64,000 nt of DNA from the NCBI RefSeq assembly GCF_032191835.1, contig NC_083232.1, forward strand, positions 54,498,001 through 54,562,000, in the 5' to 3' direction. Position 1 is the first letter of the stretch. Each line of letters starts with the position of its first letter. The position numbers and the translations under genes were made by a program. Below the pieces are notes generated by a model. That model searched no databases, was not told where the DNA came from, and worked only from the letters and a program-made list of their open reading frames with translations. This document shows, in pieces, positions 1-13,132 of the stretch. This stretch comes from Heteronotia binoei (Eukaryota).

Positions 1-1235
1 AGCAGGATGGATTTTTAGCATTTTTTTCATCATTTGAATGGTACATACGGTCCTATTTTAATCTTCTTTGTTAACTGCCCTAAGTCCTTTGGAAGGACAT
101 GATATGAATATTTTAAACAAATACACTTTTAGATAACCCACCAGTTATTTAGAACAGCCATGTCCCAAAATATGATTACAGCAGAACATTCTGAAGAAAT
201 GTGGCTCTGTTTCTATCTATACTTCATTCCAAGAATGCTACCCACCCAGTAAACTACTCTTCAATCCTTTCAATTAAGCAAAGATCAAGGTTTCAGTCAT
301 CAGTGTATCTTATTTTCTGATGAAATGGAAAGTGTAAAAAGGAATGAGGTCAATTCACCTCTGGCTCAATTCTTCATATGCAGTGTCTTAAAAGCATAAT
401 ACAAACCATTCCAAAAACCTTTCAAGATGTTAAGTCTAAAAATAAATACAGAAATACATATATACATAAAATAAAAATCATGGCATGAACGAAATCCTAT
501 TGTAGTTTTTCTCTACTTATTCTTATTGGAGACACCAAATTATTGGAGGGGGGCAGGAAAAATAATCCATAAGACTCAGACAACGCTTGAGTTGAGCCCC
601 AAGGGTACTGAAGAAAAGTAAACAGATCATTCCATCTTCTACAGCGCCAACAGACCCAATGGTTCTTCTGATTTCTTTTGAACAGAAGAATCATTCAAAC
701 GTTTGACAAAAAATGAATTCACTAGATAGATTTTCCTTCTGATGATTATAGCACCTGAAGGACAGATGTCGGAAAGCAGTGCCTCTGGTTCAGAATTTCA
801 GGGTTATAGAATCTGTTGTAGGCCAAAGACTGTGTTTACAAAAGTGAAGATATAATTCTGTAGAGAAGAACAGACATACACAGCAGCCCTACATATGTCA
901 TTTAGTAGGAATGTGTTGAATGTCAAACACTGCAGATGTGGTGGCTTCTCCACAGAATGCATGATTCCTTTTGACATAAGCAGATTCTTTACCTTTTTAT
1001 GGAAACAAAATGCAGAATGCTCTACAGACATCAAAGCTGGGCAAATCTTTCCCTTGAGGATGAGGATAGGGGAAGGAAGGAAAAAAAAGACTTAAGCTCT
1101 GCAAAATCAACACGATTTACTATGAAGAATCGCAACCATATTGGAAGATCCCAGTAGACAGCCATGTTGGTCTGAAGTAGTAGAACAAAATAGGAGTCAA
1201 TAGCACCTTTAAGACAAACTAAGTTATATTCAGAA

Positions 1236-1274
1236 CGTAAGATTTCATGTGCTCTAAGCACACTTCATCATACG
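1236..1274 (-). ncRNA. Degenerate hammerhead motif (C3>A, helix III G>U), host-sense strand
   Basis: Minus strand reads CGU-AUGAUGA-A-GUGUGCuuagaGCACAU-GAAA-UCUU-ACG. Confidence 0.7.
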
Positions 1275-1613
1275 AGGAATCCAGCACAGTGAGCAGAGCC
1301 ACACATAGCTGGTGGGCAATGGCTCAGAATGTAAAATGGTACAGATTTAAGATCCAATGACAGAATAGTAAAATGATCTGGTAGGCAGTGGTTTAGAATG
1401 TAAAATGGTACAAATATAAGATCCAATGACAGAATAGTAAAATCAAGGTTTGCTCAATTTGTTAATTTTACTATTCTGTCATTGGATTTTATATTTGTAC
1501 CATTTTACATTCTAAACCACTGCCTACCAGATCATTTTACATTCTGTATCATTTTACATTCTGAGCCATTGCCCAGCAGCTATGTGTGGCTCTGCTCACT
1601 GTGCCAGATTCCT

Positions 1614-1652
1614 CATCTGATGAAGTGTGCTTAGAGCACACGAAAGCTTATG
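1614..1652 (+). ncRNA. Minimal type I hammerhead ribozyme motif, core intact (antisense to host)
   Basis: CAU-CUGAUGA-A-GUGUGC uuaga GCACAC-GAAA-GC-U-U/AUG: 3-bp stem I, 6-bp stem II, palindromic AGCU helix III, predicted cut at 1649/1650. Confidence 0.75.
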
Positions 1653-2425
1653 TTCTGAATAAAACTAAGTTGGTCTTAAAAGTGCTATTGACTCCTATTT
1701 TGTTCAACTATATTGGAGGACACACCTATTGAGAGTCTGACACAGGGGGCTCCATCCTCTGACTCAAAGCTGATAAAACAAAGAAAAGAACTTTGGAAGG
1801 CCCAAACGTTCAGTATACAGTGCAGATGGGAGCCAACAGAAATTTTGTGACTACTGAGAGAACCAAGTAAAGCTTCTACAAGGGAAACCTGTGATCCATT
1901 GGCTGGAGAAGAATCACACCTTTAAAAAACAGTTATGATGGCAAAACTGAGAGATTTTTACAGAGTCCCTAGAGTACTAGTTAGTGCAGCTGCTTGCCAC
2001 TGACTGACAACACTCACTTTTAACCTGGCTAAGACATTCTAGATAAATAAATTGCTTACCTGTAACTGATGATCTTCGAGTAGTCATCTGTGCATTCACA
2101 CTGATGGGATATAGTGTGCCTGCACTGGTACTTCAAAGCCTCAGAAGATTTTCGCGTCCGTCCCACAGGCATGTGCGGCTATCCACCGTGCATGCCCACT
2201 GGGACGGGCACGAGGATCCCGCCAGTTCCTTCTGACCGCTGTAAGCTCATGAGAACCAACACCAGAAAAGAAGGAGGGTGGGTAGTGTGAATGCACAGAT
2301 GACCACTCAAAGATCATCAGTTACAGTTAAGCAACCTGTTTATCTTCTTCATGGTTCTGTGCTTCACACTGATGGGAAACCAGCAAGCTATAGGACCTAC
2401 CTGGAGGTGGGTGCTGGAACGGTGC

Positions 2426-3450
2426 TCAGGAAATCGCTGCTTGCAGCGCTGCCACGCCCAATGCGGCATGCTGGCGCCTCCTAACGTCCAGAGCGAAGTG
2501 TTGCACAAAGGTGTGAGGTGTAGCCCACGTGGCTGCTTGGCAGACTTCCTGTAAGGGCACTCCCTGGAGAAACGCTGTAGAGGACGCCACCGCCCTGGTG
2601 GAGTGTGCTTGCACAGGTCCTGGTAGAGGCCTTTTAGCTAGTAAGTCCGTATATGGCTTCAACAATCCACTTTGGTAAGTGCTGGGAGGAAATGCCATGC
2701 CCGAGTGAGCCGGAAGTATAGGAAACAAAAAGTTTCCATGTTTCATCATACTCTGATAAGGAAACTACCGCACAAGAGTCCCCCAAAAATGGATTATGCG
2801 TAATCCTGCCCATCAAAAATTGTTCCCAGAGTATCTGGTACCATTGCCTAAGTAAAGAACTTGTGCTGAAGAAAGAGTGAGACCTCTGTCTAGTAGAGCA
2901 AGGAGGAAGCTAAATATTAGCAGCAGGGGTGTGTCCTGGAGGGGGGCTGGTAGTGTGGCCTTGTGGTTCAGGAAGGCTTTCCACTTGCCCTCATAGGAGT
3001 GTCGAGTTGTAGGACATTTACTATTTAGGAGAACGTGGTAAATACGCTCTTGGATAGACATCATGGTAGCTGCCTTGCCGTGAGTTTCAGGTGTGGGATG
3101 TTGTGATGCAGGAGACGACCCCCGTAAGCCACCAATAGATCCGGTTCTGGTGGAAACTGACAGAAGGTCTGAGCAGACAACCAAAGGAAGACCGGAAGCC
3201 AGGGTTGCCGCGGCCACCAGGGGGCGATTAAGATCCCTGCGGGTCTGTGTGCTCGAACCTTGGCGACTACCCTGGTCATCAAGGGCAGAGGAGGGAAGAG
3301 AAGAGAGATGCTGCCCTTCCCACAGATAAAGAAGGCTGTCCCCTAGGGACAGGGGATTGTGACCCCCCCCGGAGCAGAAGTTCGGACACTTCGCATTGTG
3401 CCTGGTCGCAAAGACGTCTATATCCGGGCGACCACACTTGTCGAAGAGGG
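2426..3450 (-). pseudogene. DIRS copy 1 adenine-methyltransferase-like domain and tyrosine recombinase, deleted and disrupted
   Basis: DIDVFAT...ILIAPWWPRQPW (MT domain); AHSTRAVA...AATW...FVQHFALD (recombinase C-terminus, with F at the position that is Y in copies 2 and 3). The SARR catalytic-Arg box was not found. Confidence 0.85.
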
Positions 3451-3549
3451 GGATGAGGTACTTCCAGTTGAGCTCCCACTCGTGGAAGGCAGAGCCCCCC
3501 CTGCTCAAGGCGACTGCTGTAGTGTTCTGGACACCTGGAAGATGTGTCG

Positions 3550-4800
3550 TCACCGGATGGATGTCCCATTGGAGGCAGTCTTCCCAAATGCTGCTGGCCA
3601 GCTGGCAAAGAGTTTGGGAGACCATCCCTCTAGCTTGTTCATGTAGTATAGGGTAGTGGTGTTGTCTGTCAGAAAAGACACCACACGGCCGTGTAGGAGA
3701 TGGTGGAAGGAATGCAGGGCATGCCGTATAGCCAGGAGCTCCAGATAGTTGATATGATGACTTCGGAGGCAGGGCTCCCAAGGGCCACTGACACACAGGT
3801 CATTGAGATGTGCTCCCCAGCCCCATAAAGAAGTGTCTGTCGTCACCACCGCAGATGGTGCTAGCAGTATAAATGAAGCGCCCTGGAGTAGGTTGAGGCT
3901 CTGCTCCCACCATGTCAGGGAGATCAGGACATGAGCTGGTAACGTCAGATGATGAGACTGCAGAAGACGCATTGGTCGGAACACTCTCATGAACCACAAC
4001 TGCAGTGGTCGCATACAGAGGCAGGCGTGGAGAAGCACAGCTGTAGTGGCTGCCATCAGTCCCAGAAGTCTGTATCTGGAGCGCTGAAGCTTCGCCCTGA
4101 CTTTGGATCTTGGTGATGAGGGCGACCTGTGCATCCGCCCGTTCCTGAAGGAGAAAAGCGTGGCTGAGGTGAGTGTCCAGAATGGCTCCTATGAACTATA
4201 CTCTCATGGATGGGACGAGGTGAGATTTCAGCAGATTGATCTGGAGCCCCAGGTCTCTAAGAAGGAGTAAAATGGTGTTGAGATGTGACTGGAGGGTGTC
4301 CGCTGCCAGGGCCACTACCAGCCAATTGTCTATATAAGGGAATATTATGATCCCCTGAAGGCGGAGATAAGCAGCGATGACTATCATTGTCTTTGTAAAG
4401 ACCTGGGGGGCAGCTGAGATCCCAAAGGGGAGTGAGGTGTATTGGAAGCGCCAGTTCCCAATAGCAAACCGCAGGTATTGCCAGAAGTGGGGGTGTACTG
4501 TAATATGGAAATACGCGTCCTTCAAATCCAGAGTGGCTATCCAGGCATCTCTGTTCAGCAGTGGAAGGATGTACTGAAGGGATGTCATATGGAACTTTTT
4601 GTAGATAATGTATTCGTTGAGGTCCCCATCCCGCTTGGGGACAGTAAAATACCGGGAATAGAACCCCGCAGGGGAGGTGGGAGGAACCGGTTCTATAGCC
4701 TGTTTTGATACAATCTTTGTGACTTCCTGCAGGAGGACCTGAGGGATGCATCGTTATCAGACCTGATGGTGGGGGTCACTGGATGAATTCGATGAAGTCC
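3550..4800 (-). pseudogene. DIRS copy 1 reverse transcriptase/RNase H, disrupted
   Basis: IATLDLKDAYFH, SLPFGISAAPQVFTK, FPYIDNW (YxDD>YIDN), TTDTSLWGWG, HINYLELLAI, FLTDNTT. Confidence 0.9.
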
Positions 4801-6759
4801 ACGTCTGTTCAGGAGGTGATTTGGCGAACGGTTTCTTGGACCATGATTCTGACCAGGTCTTAGACTTAGGGCGAGCAGAAGTAGAAACCCCCAGGTTCTT
4901 GGAAGCCTTGATGCTCTTGTCCAAATCCTGGAGCACCGTGTCTGTAGTCGAGCTGAACAGCCCATCTCCCTCAACGGGAAGGTCCTCGATCCACACCCTG
5001 GTGTCCTGGGGCGGGGCCATGATGCGGAACCATACATGGTAACTGCCGTAGTCAGCATCTTGACAAAGACATCTACAGAAGTTTGGCTGCGTTGATCTGG
5101 TGCTTCGCAACGAGCATGCCCTCTTTCTGGAGTCGTTTCATCTCTGAAGCCTTGTCCTCAGGGAGGGAAGGTAAGATGTCTGCTAATTTTTCCCAGACGG
5201 CATATTGATACCTGGTCATGCAAGCCTCATAGTTTGCTGTCTGGATCCCCAAGCACCTGTGGAGTATACCTTTCAGCCGAAAGAGTAGAGTTTCTTCTCC
5301 TCCTTATCAGGAGTGGAATGCGTGCGCTTCCTCTTGGACGAGAATGAGACCACGACTGAGTTAGGCCTGGGGTGGTTGAAAAGAAACGAAGCCTCCGCTT
5401 CCTGCGTCTATGTATATGTTCTGTGCATCTGGTGGAGACCAGGGTGGATGCCGGTTTCAGCCATGAGACTTTGGCTGCCTGGAGGAGTACCGAAGTCATG
5501 TGCAAGGCTGCCAGTGTGGACACGTCTCACTGGACAATGTCAAAGACCGTGTCAGTAAAGAGGGGCTTAGGCTGCGAAATCGGTAGCAATAAGGAATGAA
5601 CCATACGCTTGACGAAATTGCCACAGGCCCAAAGATCTTCAGATGGAGAGACTGGCGACTCCTCTATGGATTGCTGCGGCAGGGACGGTTCAGTGTTGGA
5701 GTCCTGGCAGCTAGGGTGGTCCGAGTACGAATCGGGGTTGGAGTGAGAGGAAGCAGAGTTGTGTTCCGAGGGCTGTCTGGGTAGTTCTGGAGTCCTTGGT
5801 GTTGAGGGTTGGAATGGTGTCATCGGCATCAACACTTAGGCTGTGGGGCGGGTAGCTGCTCCGCTGGGCGCTTTGCAGGGGGTCTCAAGGCCGATGTGGG
5901 TCCCTATGGCAGGAATGGCAAGATGCTACTGAACGCAAGTCCCAGTCCGGTGGCGGATGAGGCATCCACGGAAAACCCGAAGACATAGGGTACGCTCCGT
6001 ATAGGTACTGCCATTGCCTCTGGTCCCAGTGCATCGGTGGTGGTGGCAGTAGAGGGGCTCGATCTTCCGCAGCCTTCGGAAGGGGGGCTTCTATCGGTGT
6101 GTGCGGTTGCTATGGAAGCAGCGGAGACGTAGGCGCCCACTCCTGCTGATCAGGTTTCGGTAAGGGGCTCGGTTCGGTACCAGAGGACGTGGAGTGAGAC
6201 GTCTCCTGGGTGAGATCAATCTCAAAGTCCGACAGTTCCTCCTGGGTACATGCTGCAGGGGGGCCTGCTAGATAGAGGCGGTGAGAAGCTGCAGCGGGGG
6301 GGATTTTGCCTGGCGCCACCAGCCCAGCCAGGGTGGTGGATTGGCTCAGTCCTTCTCGAGGGCTCTTGGGAGTCTTGTGTTTCTTGTCCTTGTCCCTCTT
6401 ATGCTCCTTTCCCTCCCTGCATTTCTTTGCAGGAGTCGAGGGTTCCGAGGTTGGTGCCAGGGTTGAGCGTTTCTGCATCGACCTGCCAGCGTCGGAAGGA
6501 GCCGTGCTGGAGGGAGTTGGTGTGGGCGAAGTCAACGCGCATCCTGAGTCGACTTGGGACTGCATACTAGGGTTGAGTGCTGCTTCCATAAGCTCTGTTC
6601 AAAGTCGTGCGGTGCAATTTTCCCGTGTTTGTCGAGAGAACAATGTGTGCAAGTCTTTGGGCGGTGTCCCTCTCCAAGGCAAAGATCGTGGCCGTCAGGG
6701 GAAGGGAGCTTGCTGCTGCACTTTTTGCAGCGTTTGAAGCACCCCCACAACTTTTCCAT
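4800..6759 (-). pseudogene. DIRS copy 1 gag (N-terminal Cys/His cluster, C-terminal LAP2alpha-like region), frameshifted
   Basis: ATG at 6759 gives MEKLWGCFKRCKKC...GHDLCLGEGH...CTHC; later pieces read FLFNHPRPNSVVVSFSS and VWIEDLPVEGDGLFS, homologous to copy 2 gag. The 3' limit is approximate. Confidence 0.85.
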
Positions 6760-7137
6760 ATGCTCGGGGGAAAAGGGAAGAGTGTCCCCCCCCCCCCCCG
6801 TCCCCATCCGGGGAGATGAGCTAGAAAAACTCATGCACTCAAGTGTCCCTTTTTTTCTTGTAGGTTTGAGAAGAAGCATGAAGTAACCAAAGAAATTCAA
6901 AGGAAAAGGCAATGAAGGTGAGTACCGATGAGAGACGGGAGAAAGATCATATCTGCGCGGCGGTCAGAAAGGAACTGGCGGGATCCTCGTGCCAGTGGGA
7001 ATGTGCGGTGGAGAGCTGTACATGCCCGATGGGACGGGTGCGAAAATCCTCTTTTCTTAGGCTTTGAAGTACTGATCAGGATCGGTGCAGGCGCACTATA
7101 TCCCATCAGTGTGAAGCACAGAGACCATGAAGAAGAT

Positions 7138-7960
7138 CAGCTAATTTGCCTGCACCAACCAGTGAAACCCTTCTACCTAGAGTTCAGTAAGATGTTCAGG
7201 AAATGGCACCAGTCTGATCTGGAAGATATACTGGGTCCCAAGTCAATTGTCAGCAGCCTTGCTGGAGGATGAGCAGAAAGATATAGAACAGAACTTGAAG
7301 TCATCAAGACACCAATCTCCCCAAACCTTTTGCAGAAAAATCACCTCCAGATTCTGTGAGTGATATTAAAAGCAGAAAAGTTGGCAAACAAGAATTCCAA
7401 ACCATCTTGCAATGCCCTCTTTTTGATAAACCTGGTGAAGGAATACCAGCTTGATGAGGCAAGATTTCCTCCAAAATGGAGGGAGCTCTAGCCCTGGAAA
7501 GTGTATATGTTGGAAATCTTTGTCTTTAGGGTGCTACTGGACTCAAATTGTACCAAATGCAGTTGGTCCAAGTGCAGAATGTTTCACAAACAAGGGAAGA
7601 AGGTTAAGCCTTGGACCATGCTATTAGTGTAGGGGTTGAGTGCAAGTGTCTCCTTGTCTGTTGATGTGAACCTTGGTAGGTAAGTTATCACTCCCTTCAG
7701 CACTTTGTCCATGTTATCCATAGGCAGCAGTTAATGGCTCATAATGCAAGTCAGCTGATGTGAACCTCTTTCTCCCAAGTCCCCCAGCACTGTGCTTTGG
7801 ATGGGGTCTCTCCAGCCAGAGGAAGATAGATTCGCCTAAATCTGCTCAAGAGGTTGGGAAAAGAACCCTACAGCAAGATGATGGATTTTGAGATTTTCAC
7901 ACATGGCTGATAGAAAAGTAACACTGCTTGGTGACAACATCATCTTGATTGTGATACAAA
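7138..7960 (+). mobile_element. Older, heavily decayed DIRS fossil on the plus strand, probably continuing 1720-2042 and split by copy 1
   Basis: Degenerate motifs LRDFYRVP (~1945-1975, gag-like), CFGWGL (~7790) and RKVTLLGDNII (~7915, RNase H TDN-like). Similarity is weak. Confidence 0.4.
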
Positions 7961-8439
7961 TAGTGAAGTAGCCTGGAGTTGAACCTGAACATGTCCCATG
8001 TCCAACTTCTACTTACCTTGTCAAATATTCTACCCACTAGTGACATGCACAAACAGAGAAAAACAAATCTGTAACAGTGGGTCGAAGGGCCATGTAATGT
8101 AGCCCATTACATTTCTAAGTACATCCGAATATATATTTCATAGCTATATTTGAGTAATTTACTGGAAATAAATTAATGAAATGTTTCAGGAAACCCTGCT
8201 GATAATTAAACAAGATCTATTAAATAAATCATATCTAGTCTCTAAATCAAAGGACTTCCTAACAAAAGGTTTCTTATCATACAACCTTTGCAAGAAGTGG
8301 ATTTGGTGGGTTTTTTTTTTAAATGGAGTTGGTCTTTGCATTTGAAACAAATATCTAGAAAACCAGTTCTCAGGAATTAGCGACAAGTCAACATTCCTAC
8401 AAACACATACTACTTAGCAATGTGATCATGGAACACTTA

Positions 8440-8592
<153 letters not shown>

Positions 8593-10120
8593 TCAAAAAT
8601 CACATAATTCAACCACAAATTAAGAAGTGATGTCAGGGTCAGAAGTATACTTCTCAATCTCTCACGTCAAGAAAAAACAACTGAGTTTCCTTAAATGTAA
8701 TCAGTAGTTTTCCTTAATCCGCAGGCAACACTGCTGTACAAAAGGGAAGTTTATCTTTTTGCTTCTCCAGGAGCAAGAGTTCTTTGACATTAATAACAAA
8801 AGATATCTCCCATCTCTGGACAGGAATAGTGGCAGCCTGTGGTTGTTGGGTTTCATGTATTTCTTATCACCAAGGAAAGCTTCTGTCTTCTATTCTACCT
8901 GAGGCCAAAGACTGTCTGGACAATCTGTTCACCTGGAGGGGAACAAAGGTAATTTGTAGGGCTTTTCCTGTTCACTAACAATTACACATAAGCTCTTTCA
9001 GCCTTATTTTCCACTTGCTGCAGTGGGATATCAGGGTAAACTAGAGCAATATAACTTGGGCAGGCAGGGGCAAAAGTAGCATATTCTCTGTTACTACCTA
9101 TACATATAAGATTAACTGCTTGAAAGAGGGGAGACAATTCTCTTCTACACCTTCTACCTTCTCATCTCCCAAAAGATGTTTAATTTCACACAAAGATGGC
9201 AAATCTTATACTACAAGAACGACATCTCTTGCTGGCTTTATACTACATTGCTTCAATAACACAGCAATGTAAACACCATCATAACAGCATGATCCAGCAC
9301 TATCCCCTATGCTGGCATAAGGTTCTCCCTCTCCCTCACATACCACATGGTTTCTCCATTTCTACATTAGCCTGAGTGGTGTGGGATACCACCAATAATA
9401 AGCACCAACCATTTTAATATAAGAATTTGTCCAGCGAGATTATCCTTCTTTCTATTTTATGTCAGTATAATTTCTAATAAACCATGAAATTGATTGCTTG
9501 TGTCTCTCCTTTTAAGTTCATCTTGGCATATATCTAACAAACTGATAATCAAGATGCGTTTCACTCAGCCACTATACACTGGGTCTGAACAGTCAACAGC
9601 AGCCTAGCTTTACCACGGTTGATCACAGTAACTTTGCTAGGGGGACCCATTAGACTTGACTATTAGGGAACAACATAAAATTGCAAATATCTAATCAAAA
9701 ACCAAAACATAAAAGTGAAACCAGACAATAAAACAAACAGTAATGAAGGCTTCTCTGATAGCAAAACAGTAAAATCTTAACCTGCTCTGGAAAGATGACA
9801 GAGAAGTTATAGAAACTCCTGTAAGACAGTATGGGAAGAAAGTGGTTGGATAATATATTAATTTTCATAAGCTTTATTCCCTATTTCCAAATGTTAGAAA
9901 TTAATCTGAATGTAAAAGCAAATACCTAGCTTTCCAAAGTACCCTGAACTATGTCTCAGAGATAACCCATCATTTTGTACCTCCTGCCATTTTGCATTAC
10001 ATACAAGCAAGGTTAAGAACCAAGACCTGATAGTTTTCAATATTTTTTTTTGTATAATGGCCATTTTATTACGTTTGGCTTTTAAATAATGCACCCTAAA
10101 TAAGTAATAGTATTTACTCA

Positions 10121-10351
<231 letters not shown>

Positions 10352-10999
10352 CTAATATACTGAATATAACTGGTGATCACAGTGATGGATGTGTTAGGTC
10401 TATTTGCATCCAATGATACTTCCAGCAACTTCAGTGGGACCACATTACTGCAATGTGGATGGAGATGTACCTAAGTGAGCATCAGCTTTGGGAACAGAAA
10501 GCTATATCTTTGTATGAATCTCCCCTGGATCAAGGCAATAACAGTATCAAAAGAAAGTCATTCAAGTTAAGATTCTGTAGCCAGCTATACAAATTATAAT
10601 GCTTCTCAACACCCACTGATGAAGCTGCAGAGTTAACTTCATAGGTAATTTGCTCAAAGCAAGGAAGAACACTGCTTAACAATTTTAGACAAATTAGCTC
10701 AGAAGCATCAATGTTTTCAGTTGTTGAGACTCCCCTGCTTGGTTAAAACATATCTTTCTTATTAACCATGTTGGATATGATAGTCTTTTAACTGGTAATG
10801 ATTATATAACCACCCCTACTAGAGAATGGTGCCGGTGCTGTTGCACATCTGAGTTCCTGGGTTGGTTCTGCACTGGTTCTCTTGTTCTATGGAAGTTGAA
10901 CATTTAACTGTAGTAACAGTTTTTTAAGATCTGTGCTAGAGACACTACTTGGAAATCTTTGTTCCTTCACAAGTGAGTTGCAATGTCTCTGGACTACAC

Positions 11000-11380
11000 T
11001 AGAACAAAGTTTAAATCCAGTGGCACCTTTAAGACCAACAACGTTTTATTCATGGTATGAGCTTTCCTGTGCACACACATTTCCTCATACACACTGAAAT
11101 GGAAGTTACCAGTCCGTTCATATAGGTAGAAGTTGAACAGCAATTTAGCATACAACATAATGAAAATGCTTTAACAGATGCAAACAGGAATAACAAATTA
11201 AGTTTATATAATCTCAGTTAATTACTCTTAGCACTCCACAGTTAGGGATACATTTACACATCTATCTCCAATTTTACATCTTTACTTGCTTCACTGTTCC
11301 CCGCCTCCAGAATTAAATCCAAACAAATGATGATCATATAAACTGCTACTTTAGACCAACATGGCTGCCCACCTGGATCT
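11000..11380 (-). mobile_element. PLE terminal remnant with degenerate hammerhead (11056-11091, minus; C3>A)
   Basis: Minus strand UGU-AUGAGGA-...-GAAA-GCUC-AUA followed by the family tail ...gttggtcttaaaggtgccactgga; an opposite-arm tail sits at ~11341-11380. Confidence 0.65.
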
Positions 11381-11571
11381 ATGGGTTGCATTGACAAACC
11401 ACTTGAAACTGCCCATGGACATCACTCTCATATTACTGCTACTAAACTACTTCACCAAGAACTCAACCCAGTACTGAGAGGGCTATACAGAACAAATGAG
11501 AACAGATGAGAATATTGTAGCAGCAGCACAAACACACTTTATATAGAAGACAAAGTCCAACAAGAAACCTA

Positions 11572-11925
<354 letters not shown>

Positions 11926-13007
11926 TTATGGTTGTGAAATTGCACTTTAAACACACACTCAGACGCACAGAATGGGAAGCTCGCAACAGATCTTTCAATT
12001 TGATGCACTTCTTCCTCTGACTTTCTTGTATTGTAGTTTATGCAGTCTTTACATCAAAAGATAGGAGTCGTGTCTTTTGCTTTCGATTAATTTTGGTAAT
12101 AAAATTAATTTTGGAAATAAAGGGACAGTATTGCTTCTGGAACCTCTCTTATACAAAGAAAATAATTTCAGCTCTCTGGATTGGAGCCAATAAATGGTAT
12201 GGGCTGAATTAAATATTTAACAGTCCTGCAACCTCTAACACAGTGGACTCCAACTAGAGATGTATCTTTTTGCTAGGAAAAGATATTTTAAAGGGTAAGT
12301 CAAACCACATGACAAAATCCATTCTCTTTTGGGCCAAGGGTTGAATAGGTGTGCTAACTTTTGCAAACCTAATTGTGCATAAACAGTTAAGTGCTGAATA
12401 ATGATACCTTTGGAATTGACTCCAGTGTGTACTAATAAAGGATTTTTTTCCTTAGAGTATATTAGGCAAGTTGTCTGATTTATAGACTTCTCACCTCTGC
12501 TAAACTCTCTCACATTTGTACCTGTGATAAGTTGGAGATGTTTACTTTCACACATATAAAGAAGTGTTTAATTCCCCCCCCCCCCCCCCAATTAAACAGC
12601 AACCTAAGAAGCCTAAAATGAGATCAAGGGTATTTCAGAAGCAAGCACTACTTACATACTCCACATACACTTTTAATTTTATGTAATATTCTGTGAAATA
12701 TTCACATACACACAGCTACATGCCATGGGAATAACAGTACATTTAAGAGGTTAGTTTTTTGAATATAATACATTTTTGAAACCCAGAGCAAGTTACTAGT
12801 CTTGAAAATCTTTCCCTCACAATATCACTCACTCTAATATTGAGGTGAATAGTAGAGTCCTTATTGGCAAGGCAACAAAACAGGGCAACTCACAAAGCAT
12901 GTGGTTTCTGCATACTTGAAAGGGACTGCACAAGAAAGCCTGAAAAACTGAAGTGGCAGGGAAGCGCTCCCCACTGCTTAGCTGTTTCACTTTCTTGTGC
13001 AGTCACT

Positions 13008-13132
13008 TAAGGGCAGTTCTTGAAGAGCTCTCTCAGCCCCACCTACCTCACAGGATGTCTGTTGTGGGGAGAGGAAGGGAAGGAGACTGTAAACTGCTGA
13101 GACTCCAAGCGAAGGGTGGGGTATAAATCCAA
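13008..13132 (+). mobile_element. MIR/Squam3-like SINE, 3' part
   Basis: gagctctctcagccccacctacctcacagg...gggtggggtataaatcc matches the full copies at 20338 and 26388. Confidence 0.75.

Larger units (their letters stand above)
1141..1710. mobile_element. Penelope-like element terminal fragment arranged as an inverted repeat (arms ~1178-1443 and ~1466-1710)
   Basis: Arms are reverse complements (tagtagaacaaaataggagtc... / ...gactcctattttgttcaacta) and each carries a hammerhead-type motif. The PLE assignment rests on the minimal hammerhead and similarity to reptile PLE termini. Confidence 0.75.
2043..7137 (-). mobile_element. DIRS1-type tyrosine-recombinase retrotransposon, copy 1 (degenerate)
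   Basis: Inverted terminal repeats at ~2086-2240 and ~6960-7127. ICR at 2285-2377 is complementary to both ends. Remnants of gag, RT/RNase H, methyltransferase and recombinase lie on the minus strand, and AT is present at both boundaries. Confidence 0.95.

Noticed and set aside
1-2040. Searched for IGF2BP3 exon 9 (LQDLTLYNPERTITVKG) here and at 7138-8440, and for exon 2 at 55844-64000
   Set aside because: No match was found; both exons presumably lie outside the window.
9388-9410. gttggtgcttattattgg on the minus strand, resembling the KH motif VGAIIG
   Set aside because: Needs a frameshift, has no splice sites, and the flanks do not extend the match.
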